A stretch of DNA of 64,000 bases from Campylobacterales bacterium (GTDB lineage Bacteria; Campylobacterota; Campylobacteria; Campylobacterales; QNZT01): NCBI GenBank assembly GCA_027023305.1, contig JALVVR010000017.1, positions 27,836 through 91,835 on the forward strand, given 5' to 3'. The position numbers and the translations under genes are program-made. Position 1 is the stretch's first letter, and each line of letters opens with the position of its first letter. This document shows, in pieces, positions 1 to 7,909 of this stretch. The notes beneath the pieces were generated by a model that did not search any database, was not told the origin of the DNA, and saw nothing but the letters and a program-made list of their open reading frames with translations.

Positions 1-307
1 GCCGGCATTTTTGCTTTTTTATGCCCTACAAAAACCAAACAGCTTAGAACTACTAATCTCAGGAGTTATCTTCATATACTACATCATAAGTGGACTTAGA
101 AGACTTATACAGTTTAACATAGATGCAGAGGCTGGAGAAGTAGCTAAGTATTTTGTAGGAGTTCCTACACCACTTGGTGCTATTTTGTTATGGGTTTTGT
201 ATCTTTTATACTCTTATTCAATAGTTTCAAATATCTTTGTAATGCTTGTTTTTGTAGCAACAATAGCATATCTACTAAACTCAAAAGTAAAGATTCCACA
301 TCCTTAA
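1..307 (+). CDS. 3' end of a polytopic membrane protein, possibly a CDP-alcohol phosphatidyltransferase (PssA-like); the 5' end lies outside the window
   Basis: Frame is open from base 2 to TAA at 305-307. Hydrophobic helices plus an FVGVPTPLGA-type motif. Family assignment is by recall only. Confidence 0.4.
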   Translation, partial: PAFLLFYALQKPNSLELLISGVIFIYYIISGLRRLIQFNIDAEAGEVAKYFVGVPTPLGAILLWVLYLLYSYSIVSNIFVMLVFVATIAYLLNSKVKIPHP

Positions 308-394
308 TACTTTTATATAAGCGATTAGTTTAAATCTTTAAAATCCAAATAAGAAAGATATACTAAAAAATTATCTCAAAACAAAGGAAACTAG

Positions 395-1688
395 ATGAAA
401 GTGATTTTCAAAAAAACTCGTTGGGGGGGGGGATTTTTCTAAAGTAAATCTTTCTCTTTTAACTTTATTTGCAATATTTACTATAGGTTGCGGTGGAGGA
501 GGTGGTGGTTCAACTCCTTCATCTTTAACTCCTACTACTATAACTGCTGTCGATGGTTATATCGTTGGAGCATCTCTAAAAGACTCAAAAGGAGTAAGTG
601 CCACTGAGGTAGGAAGTGGAAAGTATAAGTTTTCTGATACTCCATCATATCCACTTACACTAACTGGTGGAAAATACAGTGCAACTGGAAAAAACTTTGA
701 TATAAACTTGAGTTCTACTAGTGGAGGGGTTATATCTCCTATAACTACCTTTTTAGCAGATGACTCTGCACTTTTAGCTAAGTTTGCAAGTGCAAATCTA
801 GGTGCTACTACTCTATCTCAGTTTGGAACTGACTACATAGATACAAATAACTCAAAACTAGCTAAACTATCACAACTTCTATATGTCATGTTAAAAGACT
901 CGACATTAACGACTACTTTTAAAACTAGCCTTGGTGGTGCAAATCCTGCTTCATTAGATGAGTTATTTACCCTCGCCGAAAGTGATGTAAATGCTTCAGC
1001 AACACTGGACTTTAAACAAAAACACTTTGCTCGTAAACTTTTAACTTTCACAAAAAACTTTACAAAAGAGCCTAGTGAGTTAGAATCAAACCTAAAAAAC
1101 TTAAAAGCAAATCTAAATGGAGACTATAGTGACCATGCAAGAGTAGTTCTAAAAACAGGACAAACAAAAAGCTACGACAAAGATGGAAATGAAGTAACGG
1201 ATGGCTCTATAAAAGATGATGGTTTTTATCAAAAAGGTACAGCAAGAGCTTACACAAGAGCAAACGATATAGTAACTGACAATGTTACTCATCTTATGTG
1301 GCAAGATGATAATGAAGCAAATACTATACAAAAACAGTGGCTTACAGATGAAAACTACAACACTTGCTCAAACGATACAAACTCTTCTGCTTGTACTGAC
1401 ACTAGTGGAGATACAGCAGTAACTTATTGTGAAAACTTGAACTTAAGAGGTTACACAGATTGGCGACTTCCAACTGTAGAAGAGTTGGTTTCTATAACTG
1501 ATAATGGTAGAAGTGCTCCTGCAATAGATCCGATTTTTTAAAATGTAGTCTCTAACCGTTACTGATCTTCTACTTCTCTCGCTTCCTCTCCAGATGGTGC
1601 TTGGGGTGTCTACTTCAACGGTGGCGGTGACGATTGGTACCTTAAGGACAATAGTTGGTATGTACGATGTGTTAGAGCCGGTAATTAG
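395..1688 (+). pseudogene. DUF1566 (Lcl C-terminal / C-type-lectin-fold) lipoprotein gene carrying three lesions: an out-of-phase G10 tract and two in-frame nonsense codons
   Basis: AAGGAA SD precedes ATG 395. The frame stops at 440-442 after the G10 tract; with G9 it would read MKVIFKKTRWGGDFSKVNLSLLTLFAIFTIGCGGGGGGS (lipobox TIGC) into the 708-1541 frame. TAA at 1539-1541 and TGA at 1563-1565 interrupt an otherwise open frame ending at TAG 1686-1688. The tail YVRCVRAG matches the paralog at 2347-2769. Confidence 0.75.
423..432 (+). repeat. Homopolymeric G10 tract inside the signal-peptide coding region; candidate phase-variation switch
   Basis: Ten consecutive G counted at 423-432, 28 nt after ATG 395. 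Tract length sets the reading frame of the lipoprotein gene. Confidence 0.9.
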
Positions 1689-1864
1689 TGAAAAGTGAAG
1701 AGTGATGAGTGAAAAATTATTTGGTAGGAGGTAGTTTTATTTCATTTTGAAATATTTTTTGGTGTAGAGAAGCTTTTTTGATAAAATCTTTTTAGTGAAT
1801 AGTGAATAGTGAATAGTGAATAGTTAAGGATTATTTTTCACTTTTCACTTTTAGTTTTTCACTA
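1687..1864. repeat. AGTGAA/TTCACT palindromic intergenic element, copy 1 (includes an AGTGAAT x4 tandem at 1794-1821)
   Basis: AGTGAA-type arms at 1687-1716 and 1794-1824, and complementary TTTTCACTTTTCACTTTTAGTTTTTCACT at 1835-1863, followed by an A-run, GGGGAG and ATG 1886. Confidence 0.8.
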
Positions 1865-1885
1865 AAAAAAAAGGGGAGCTTTTTT

Positions 1886-2239
1886 ATGCCGAGTATTTTA
1901 AAACAAAAGAGTTACAAGTTTTCTTTGAGGGTTGTGAAGCTTTATAACTATCTTTGTAAAAGTCAAAAGGAGTATGGTTTAAGTAAACAACTTTTAAGAA
2001 GTGGCACAGTTATAGGTGCTTTGGTTGCAGAGGCAGAGTTTGCCCAATCCAGAGCTGATTTTGCAAATAAACTGAGTATTTCACTAAAAGAAGCAAACGA
2101 GACTAAGTACTGGTTGATGCTTCTAAAAGACTCAGAGTATTTGCAAGACAAGATGTTTGAAAGTATAAAACCTGATGTAGAAGAGATTATCAGACTTTTA
2201 GTATCAAGCATAAAAACAACGAAAAAAGTGAAAAACTAA
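1886..2239 (+). CDS. Four-helix-bundle protein (23S rRNA intervening-sequence protein family, the family that includes DGR Avd)
   Basis: 117 aa. Motifs QLLRSGTVIGALVAEAE and LKEANETKYWLMLL are typical of the family. GGGGAG SD lies 7 nt upstream. Confidence 0.85.
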   Translation: MPSILKQKSYKFSLRVVKLYNYLCKSQKEYGLSKQLLRSGTVIGALVAEAEFAQSRADFANKLSISLKEANETKYWLMLLKDSEYLQDKMFESIKPDVEEIIRLLVSSIKTTKKVKN

Positions 2240-2329
2240 TAGTGATGAGTGAAAAGTGAAAAGTTAAATGAAAAGCACTCGCAGAGTGCATACAAAAACT
2301 CTTCACTCTTCACTATTAACTTTTCACTA
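2227..2329. repeat. AGTGAA/TTCACT palindromic intergenic element, copy 2
   Basis: AGTGAAAAACTAATAGTGATGAGTGAAAAGTGAAAAGTTAA ... CTCTTCACTCTTCACTATTAACTTTTCACTA. An inner GCACTC/GAGTGC hairpin sits in the loop. It starts inside the last codons of the upstream gene. Confidence 0.8.
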
Positions 2330-2346
2330 AAAAAAGGGAGAATTTC

Positions 2347-2769
2347 ATGAAAAAAACAATATTAAGCTTATTTGTTGTGATTGGTCTGCTTCAAGCTGAC
2401 TATATTCGAGATGATAGTAAAGGAGTTGTAGTTGATACTAGTACAAATCTTATGTGGCAAGATGATGTACCAAGTGTTCAAAAAACTTGGATAGAGGCTA
2501 TAAACTACTGTGAAAATCTAACTTTAGCTAGCTATGATGATTGGAGACTTCCAAATTTTAATGAACTATATATGTTAGCTGATAGAAGTAGAAGCAATCC
2601 TGCTATAAGTTCTGTTTTTCAAAATGTAGTCTCTAGCCTTTACTGGTCTTCTACTTCTTTCGCTTTCGTTCCAGACTCTGCTTGGGGTGTCGGCTTCTAC
2701 GGTGGCTATGACGGTTGGGGCGGTAAGGACGGTAGCGGTTATGTACGGTGTGTTAGAGCCGGACAGTGA
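2347..2769 (+). CDS. Small secreted DUF1566 (Lcl C-terminal domain) protein
   Basis: 140 aa. Signal peptide MKKTILSLFVVIGLLQA. Motifs LMWQDD, YCENL, DDWRLPN, YWSST, AWGV and YVRCVRAG. GGGAG SD. Confidence 0.85.
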   Translation: MKKTILSLFVVIGLLQADYIRDDSKGVVVDTSTNLMWQDDVPSVQKTWIEAINYCENLTLASYDDWRLPNFNELYMLADRSRSNPAISSVFQNVVSSLYWSSTSFAFVPDSAWGVGFYGGYDGWGGKDGSGYVRCVRAGQ

Positions 2770-2776
2770 GCTTTTT

Positions 2777-2923
2777 AGTGAATAGTGAAGAATCAAAAGT
2801 GAAAAGTGGAGTTTGATTTTTTGATTTTTGAACTTGAGAGTTGTGAACTGCTTTTTGATAGTGAATAGTGAAGAACTAAAAGTTAATGGTAATTTTTCAC
2901 TTTTCACTCTTAGTTTTTCACTA
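2777..2923. repeat. AGTGAA/TTCACT palindromic intergenic element, copy 3
   Basis: TAGTGAATAGTGAAGAATCAAAAGTGAAAAGTGG ... GATAGTGAATAGTGAAGAACTAAAAGTTAATGG ... AATTTTTCACTTTTCACTCTTAGTTTTTCACTA. Collinear with copy 1. Confidence 0.8.
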
Positions 2924-2931
2924 TAAAAAAA

Positions 2932-3141
2932 TCATGCCCACTCGAGTTTTGGCTCAGTATGTTTAGAAGCACAATCAGTTAGATATGAGTTGATTAGATT
3001 TTGATAGGGTATCCCAACTTTTGTAGATAATCTTTTAAAATACTCAATAGTCTCAACTTCTATTTTGATTGAGATTTGCTTTTTCACTTTTTTAGCATAT
3101 GGATTTTTTGTAGAATTACTAAAGTCATATTCTTTTCTCAT
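2932..3141 (-). CDS. brnA: BrnA-type antitoxin (CopG/RHH-like)
   Basis: 69 aa. Overlaps the upstream toxin gene by 4 nt. The toxin-first order is typical of brnTA. Pattern KKQISIKIEVETIEYFKRLSTKVGIPYQNLINSYL. Confidence 0.8.
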   Translation of the reverse strand: MRKEYDFSNSTKNPYAKKVKKQISIKIEVETIEYFKRLSTKVGIPYQNLINSYLTDCASKHTEPKLEWA

Positions 3142-3431
3142 GATAAAAACTCCTTGTATTGTTTTTCTTCTTTTTTTGTTGATTTTCTAGCACTTATGAT
3201 TCTGATGTTATTCTCACAATCCTTATAACAATGAACAACTGTCAAAATCTTTAGTTTATGACTCATACCAAGAAGAAGAAATCTCTCCTCATCATCACTA
3301 TGGTCTGGATCAAAAATCAATCTTGCATTTTCATCACCAAAAACACTTTTTGCTTCTTCAAATGAGACCTTATGCTTTGCAAGATTTTTTAGTGCTTTAG
3401 TATCATCCCAACTAAATTTTATATTTTCCAT
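3138..3431 (-). CDS. brnT: BrnT-type toxin (DUF497)
   Basis: 97 aa. FSWDDTKALKNLAKHKVSFEEA ... RFLLLG ... RIISARKSTKKE is typical of DUF497. Confidence 0.85.
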   Translation of the reverse strand: MENIKFSWDDTKALKNLAKHKVSFEEAKSVFGDENARLIFDPDHSDDEERFLLLGMSHKLKILTVVHCYKDCENNIRIISARKSTKKEEKQYKEFLS

Positions 3432-3437
3432 AATGAT

Positions 3438-3466
3438 ATTATAATGTTTTTATAATGTTTTGTCAA
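3438..3466 (-). promoter_or_regulatory. Consensus sigma70-type promoter for brnTA, probably giving a leaderless mRNA
   Basis: The minus strand reads TTGACA-17 nt-TATAAT-atcatt-ATG. There is no SD. The spacer contains ACATTATAA twice with an 11-nt period. Confidence 0.6.
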
Positions 3467-3473
3467 GCCTATG

Positions 3474-3533
3474 AAAAGTGAAAAACTAAAAGTCAAGAAT
3501 AATTTTTCACTTTTAACTCTTAGTTCTTCACTA
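3474..3533. repeat. AGTGAA/TTCACT palindromic intergenic element, copy 4 (short form)
   Basis: AAAAGTGAAAAACTAAAAGTCAAGAATAATTTTTCACTTTTAACTCTTAGTTCTTCACTA. Confidence 0.75.
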
Positions 3534-3585
3534 TTATACTATCCTTTAATAAAGGATAAAAATCATAAAAAAACTCCAAAATCTA

Positions 3586-3614
3586 TTGACTTTATAACAA
3601 AAATTCTATATACT
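3586..3614 (+). promoter_or_regulatory. Putative promoter of the S10 operon
   Basis: TTGACT (3586-3591), 17 nt, TATACT (3609-3614). A small GTCGT-GAAA-ACGAC hairpin follows in the leader. Confidence 0.5.
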
Positions 3615-3669
3615 CCAAGTCCAAATAAAAATCCGTCGTGAAAACGACAAGTTCTTTAAAGGAAAATAT

Positions 3670-3984
3670 ATGGAAAAAATCAGACTTAAGCTTAAAGCTT
3701 ATGATCATAGAGTTTTAGACAGATCTGTTGCAGCTATCGTTGATGCTGTTAAGAGAACTGGTGCTGAGATTAGAGGACCAATCCCTCTACCTACAAAAAT
3801 CAAAAAATACACAGTATTAAGATCACCACATGTTAACAAAGATAGTCGTGAGCAGTTTGAGATGAGAATGCACTCTCGTCTTATAGATGTTGTTTCTGCA
3901 ACAGGTGATACTGTAGATTCATTGATGAAACTTGACATAGCTCCAGAGGTTAATGTTGAAGTTAGAGCAATGGGTCAAAGTTAA
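3670..3984 (+). CDS. rpsJ: 30S ribosomal protein S10
   Basis: Sequence recognised ([14 protein letters not shown]...). First gene of the S10 operon. Confidence 0.97.
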   Translation: MEKIRLKLKAYDHRVLDRSVAAIVDAVKRTGAEIRGPIPLPTKIKKYTVLRSPHVNKDSREQFEMRMHSRLIDVVSATGDTVDSLMKLDIAPEVNVEVRAMGQS

Positions 3985-3995
3985 GGGGAGACGAT

Positions 3996-4571
3996 ATGGA
4001 ATACATAGTAGAAAAAATCGGAATGAGTAGAACTATCACAGTACCAAGCACATCAGTTACACTTTTAAAAGTTGTAGATGCAAAAGTTTGTGAAGTTACA
4101 GAGCATGGTGCAATCGTAGCTTACCCAAAAGGTAAAAAGTTTGATAAAGCTATAGAGGGACAACAAAAAAAATACTCTCTAAGCAAAGAGTTTAATAGAT
4201 TTGTAACACTTAAACTAAAAGATGTTGAGGCTGGTGATTTAGACAAATCTCCACTAGGTGATGCAACTGTTGTAAAATCTTCTTTTAACACAAAAGGTAG
4301 AGGTTTTGCAGGTGTTATGAAAAGACATAACTTCGCTGGAGGTCCAGGAAGTCATGGTTCAAGATTTCACAGAAGAGTAGGTTCTATCGGAAATGCAGAA
4401 TGGCCTGGTCGTGTTCAAAAAGGTAGAAAGATGCCAGGACACTATGGAAATACAAAAGTAACAGTTAAAAATGAAATAGTTTCATTTGATAGTGAAACAG
4501 GAATCCTAGCTGTTAAAGGATCAATTCCAGGAGCAAATGGTGCTTATGGAAAAGTAAGGATAGTTAAATGA
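3996..4571 (+). CDS. rplC: 50S ribosomal protein L3
   Basis: Sequence and operon position. Confidence 0.97.
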   Translation: MEYIVEKIGMSRTITVPSTSVTLLKVVDAKVCEVTEHGAIVAYPKGKKFDKAIEGQQKKYSLSKEFNRFVTLKLKDVEAGDLDKSPLGDATVVKSSFNTKGRGFAGVMKRHNFAGGPGSHGSRFHRRVGSIGNAEWPGRVQKGRKMPGHYGNTKVTVKNEIVSFDSETGILAVKGSIPGANGAYGKVRIVK

Positions 4572-5182
4572 GTAAAGCAATAGTACTAGATAGTAGTTAT
4601 AAAAACAGTGGTGAGATGGATCTTCCAGCTTCATTTTTTGAAGTAAACTCTCACAACTTATATCTATATGTTAAGTCTTATCAATCAGCTCTTAGAGCAA
4701 ATACAGCTAAGGCAAAAACTAGAGCAGAAGTAAGAGGTGGTGGTAAAAAACCTTGGAGTCAAAAAGGTAGAGGTGGAGCAAGAGCTGGTTCAAACAGATC
4801 ACCTATCTGGGTTGGAGGTGGTGTAAGCCATGGTCCAAAAAACAATAGAAACTACTTTCAAAAAGTGAACAAAAAGCAAAAAAGACTTGCTTTAGAAGCT
4901 GCATTAGCTGAAAAAGCAAACAGTGGAAAACTTTTTGTAGTTGACACCGTAGCAGTAGAATCTGGTAAAACTAAAGATGCAGCAAACATAATAAAATCTT
5001 TAGAAACTAGAAGTGCACTAATAGTAAAAGAGCTTATAGATGAGAAATCATTTTATGCTTTTAGAAACTTAAACAATGCATATATGATAGAGTCAAACGA
5101 GTTAAATGCTTACACAGCAGTTGCTTTTGAGTCAATTATCATAGAAAAAAATGTTTTAGAAAACTTAACAAAAGAGGGCTAA
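4568..5182 (+). CDS. rplD: 50S ribosomal protein L4
   Basis: Sequence and operon position; 4-nt overlap with rplC. Confidence 0.97.
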   Translation: MSKAIVLDSSYKNSGEMDLPASFFEVNSHNLYLYVKSYQSALRANTAKAKTRAEVRGGGKKPWSQKGRGGARAGSNRSPIWVGGGVSHGPKNNRNYFQKVNKKQKRLALEAALAEKANSGKLFVVDTVAVESGKTKDAANIIKSLETRSALIVKELIDEKSFYAFRNLNNAYMIESNELNAYTAVAFESIIIEKNVLENLTKEG

Positions 5183-5183
5183 G

Positions 5184-5465
5184 ATGGCAGATATAACAGA
5201 TATAAAAGCAATTCTTTATACAGAGAAAAGTTTAAGCCTTCAAGAAAATGGAGTTGTTGTTATAGAGACAAATCCAAAAATGACAAAGAATGGTTTAAAA
5301 GAAGTTTTAAGAGAGTACTTTGGTTTTGTTCCAGTGAAAATAAACTCACTAAGAATGAACGGAAAAGTTAAAAGATTTAAAGGTATCGAAGGTAAGAGAC
5401 CAGACTTTAAAAAGTTTTATGTAACTCTACCTGAGGGTGCAAACATAGAAAGCGTGGAGGTTTAA
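5184..5465 (+). CDS. rplW: 50S ribosomal protein L23
   Basis: Sequence and operon position. Confidence 0.96.
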   Translation: MADITDIKAILYTEKSLSLQENGVVVIETNPKMTKNGLKEVLREYFGFVPVKINSLRMNGKVKRFKGIEGKRPDFKKFYVTLPEGANIESVEV

Positions 5466-5466
5466 G

Positions 5467-6297
5467 ATGGCTATTAGAACTTACAGACCATATACACCTA
5501 GTAGAAGGTTCATGACTGGACTTGATTCAGCTGATATAACATCAAAACCTACTGTAAAATCACTACTAAAAAAACTACCAGCATCTGGTGGTAGAAACAA
5601 CAACGGTAGAATCACTTCAAGACATAAAGAAGCAGGTGCTAAAAAACAATACAGAATAATCGACTTCAAAAGAAGAAAATTTGGTATCGAAGGAACAGTA
5701 TCTACTGTTGAATACGATCCGTACAGAAACTGTAGAATTTGTCTTGTAACTTATGCAGATGGTGAGAAAAGATATATACTTCAACCTTCAGGATTAAAAG
5801 TTGGAGATAAAGTAGAGTCAGCAGAAGCTGGACTTGATATAAAACCAGGTAATGCTATGAAGCTTAAAAACATCCCTGTTGGAACAATCATTCACAATAT
5901 CGAGATGAAACCTGGTAAAGGTGGACAGATAGCAAGAAGTGCTGGTGGATATGCTCAACTTATGGGTAAAGAAGACAAATATGTAGTTCTTAGACTTCCA
6001 AGTGGTGAGATGAGACAAATTCTTGCTGAGTGTATGGCAACTATAGGTACAGTTGGAAATGAAGATTGGTCAAATGTTGTTATCGGTAAAGCTGGAAGAA
6101 ACAGACACCGTGGTATAAGACCTCAAACTAGAGGATCTGCGATGAACCCAATCGATCACCCTCATGGTGGTGGTGAAGGTAAGACAAATGGTTCAAGACA
6201 TCCAGTTAGTCCGTGGGGTATGCCTACTAAAGGTTATAAAACTAGAAGAAAAAAAGCTAGTGATAAACTGATAATAACTAGAAGAAAAGGAAAATAG
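5467..6297 (+). CDS. rplB: 50S ribosomal protein L2
   Basis: Motifs [13 protein letters not shown] and others; operon position. Confidence 0.98.
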   Translation: MAIRTYRPYTPSRRFMTGLDSADITSKPTVKSLLKKLPASGGRNNNGRITSRHKEAGAKKQYRIIDFKRRKFGIEGTVSTVEYDPYRNCRICLVTYADGEKRYILQPSGLKVGDKVESAEAGLDIKPGNAMKLKNIPVGTIIHNIEMKPGKGGQIARSAGGYAQLMGKEDKYVVLRLPSGEMRQILAECMATIGTVGNEDWSNVVIGKAGRNRHRGIRPQTRGSAMNPIDHPHGGGEGKTNGSRHPVSPWGMPTKGYKTRRKKASDKLIITRRKGK

Positions 6298-6576
6298 ATG
6301 GCTAGAAGTTTAAAAAAAGGTCCATTTATAGATGAACATTTACTAAAAAAAGTACAAAAAGCAAAAGAGAGTGGTGATAAAAAACCTATCAAAACTTGGT
6401 CAAGAAGAAGTACAATCCTACCTGACATGATTGGATATACTTTCTCAGTACACAATGGTAGAAACTTTGTTCCAGTATATATAACTGAAAATCATATTGG
6501 TTATAAACTAGGAGAGTTTGCTCCAACTAGAACATTTAAAGGGCATAAAGGCTCTGTTCAAAAGAAAATAGGTTAG
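6298..6576 (+). CDS. rpsS: 30S ribosomal protein S19
   Basis: [10 protein letters not shown]...; operon position. Confidence 0.98.
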   Translation: MARSLKKGPFIDEHLLKKVQKAKESGDKKPIKTWSRRSTILPDMIGYTFSVHNGRNFVPVYITENHIGYKLGEFAPTRTFKGHKGSVQKKIG

Positions 6577-6586
6577 GGGTTAGATA

Positions 6587-7222
6587 ATGAGTAAAGCAGT
6601 ATTAAAATTTATAAGATTATCACCTACAAAAGCAAGACTTGTAGCTCGTGAAGTTCAAGGGATGAATGCAGAAGTTGCACTAGCAGCTTTAGAGTTTACT
6701 CCAAACAAAGCAGCTGGAATTATAGCTAAAGTTATTGCTTCAGCAGTAGCAAATGGTGATTATGAGCCAGAAGAGGTTGAAGTAGTTTCTTGTAGAGTTG
6801 ACAAAGGTCCAGTTTTAAGAAGATTTAAGCCAAGAGCTAGAGGTAGTGCAAGTAGAATTCTAAAACCTACTTCTCATATCATGGTAGAAGTAGCTCCAGC
6901 TGGAACAAAAGCTGATAATGATGCAAAACCAGCTAAAACAGAGAAAAAAGTTGAAGCAAAAGTTGAGAAAAAAGAATCAACTCCAGCACCAAAAAAAGCT
7001 GATAAAAAAGCAGAGAAAAAAGGTGATGATTTAACAAAAATCAAAGGTGTTGGTAAAGCATACCAAGAGAAGTTAAACTCTGAAGGTTTCTTTACATATG
7101 AGGATGTTGCAAACATGAATGAAGAGCAAATCCAAATGATGGAAGAGAAATACAGTTTTAGAGGCGACTTTAACGATGCAGTAGCATCAGCTAAAGAATT
7201 ATCACAAAGTAAGGAGTCATAA
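6587..7222 (+). CDS. rplV: 50S ribosomal protein L22 with a ~110-aa C-terminal extension (K/A/E-rich linker plus helix-hairpin-helix-like module)
   Basis: The canonical L22 core ends near ..PTSHIMVEV (aa ~102). It is followed by [33 protein letters not shown] and [34 protein letters not shown]. Confidence 0.93.
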   Translation: MSKAVLKFIRLSPTKARLVAREVQGMNAEVALAALEFTPNKAAGIIAKVIASAVANGDYEPEEVEVVSCRVDKGPVLRRFKPRARGSASRILKPTSHIMVEVAPAGTKADNDAKPAKTEKKVEAKVEKKESTPAPKKADKKAEKKGDDLTKIKGVGKAYQEKLNSEGFFTYEDVANMNEEQIQMMEEKYSFRGDFNDAVASAKELSQSKES

Positions 7223-7223
7223 G

Positions 7224-7907
7224 ATGGGTCAAAAAGTAAATCCGATTGGACTTAGACTTGGTCTTAACAGAAATTGGGACTCAAGATGGTACCCATCTAA
7301 AGAGACAACAGTTACTAACATAGGTGAAGACTACAAAATAAGAGAGTTCATAAAAAAAGAGCTTTATTATGCTGGTGTTAGTCAAATCCTTATCGAGAGA
7401 ACTGCAAAAAAATCTCGTGTTACAATAGTTTCTGCAAGACCTGGAATAATCATAGGGAAAAAAGGTGCTGATATAGAGAAACTTAGAGTTAGACTAAGTA
7501 AACTTATCGGTAAAGATATAAATGTAAACATAAAAGAAGAGAGGAATGCTCAAACTTCTGCTCAACTTGCTGCTGAAAATGTAGCTACACAGTTAGAGAG
7601 AAGGGTTGCTTTTAGAAGAGCTATGAAAAAAGTTATCCAAGGTGCTATGCAAAAAGGTGCTAAAGGTATCAAAGTTTCAGTTGCTGGAAGACTTGGTGGA
7701 GCTGAGATGGCTAGAACTGAGTGGTATCTTGAAGGAAGAGTTCCTCTTCACACACTAAGAGCTAAGATAGATTATGGATATGCAAAAGCACAAACTACTT
7801 ACGGAATCATAGGTGTAAAAGTTTGGATTTTTAAAGGTGAGGTTTTAACTAAAGGAATCCAACCAGAGAGAAAACAAGCACCTAGAAAAAAAAGAAGAGG
7901 TGAATAA
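7224..7907 (+). CDS. rpsC: 30S ribosomal protein S3
   Basis: [13 protein letters not shown]...; operon position. Confidence 0.98.
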   Translation: MGQKVNPIGLRLGLNRNWDSRWYPSKETTVTNIGEDYKIREFIKKELYYAGVSQILIERTAKKSRVTIVSARPGIIIGKKGADIEKLRVRLSKLIGKDINVNIKEERNAQTSAQLAAENVATQLERRVAFRRAMKKVIQGAMQKGAKGIKVSVAGRLGGAEMARTEWYLEGRVPLHTLRAKIDYGYAKAQTTYGIIGVKVWIFKGEVLTKGIQPERKQAPRKKRRGE

Positions 7908-7909
7908 TC

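Noticed and set aside
708-1541. The track ORF starting at TTG 708, treated as an independent 277-aa gene.
   Set aside because: The frame is open well upstream, through a lipobox at 480-491. It connects via the G10 tract to ATG 395, which has a good SD. It also continues past two nonsense codons to 1688, so it is the middle of a disrupted larger gene.
1563-1565. TGA read as selenocysteine or Trp (recoding or an alternative genetic code).
   Set aside because: All other genes in the window use TGA as a stop. A TAA stop lies 24 nt upstream in the same frame. No SECIS-like hairpin follows. The simplest reading is a TGG to TGA mutation.
1536-1688. The untranslated tail of the disrupted gene acting as the DGR template repeat for the 2617-2769 variable region.
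   Set aside because: Only 9 of the 27 differences have A in the 1536-1688 copy. The other 18 have T, C or G there, with an A in the other copy at one site, which is incompatible with adenine-specific TR-to-VR mutagenesis. Both copies look like VRs.
1794-1824. CRISPR-like repeat array.
   Set aside because: The units are 7 nt and directly tandem, with no spacers. The other copies are complementary arms of palindromes. No cas genes are present.
1687-3533. Integron cassette array (attC sites), suggested by the gene-palindrome-gene layout.
   Set aside because: The palindromes lack terminal RYYYAAC/GTTRRRY core sites; GTTAA-type strings sit in the centre, not at the ends. No intI gene is present, and one module is inverted. 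The cassette-like layout is therefore reported without calling it an integron.
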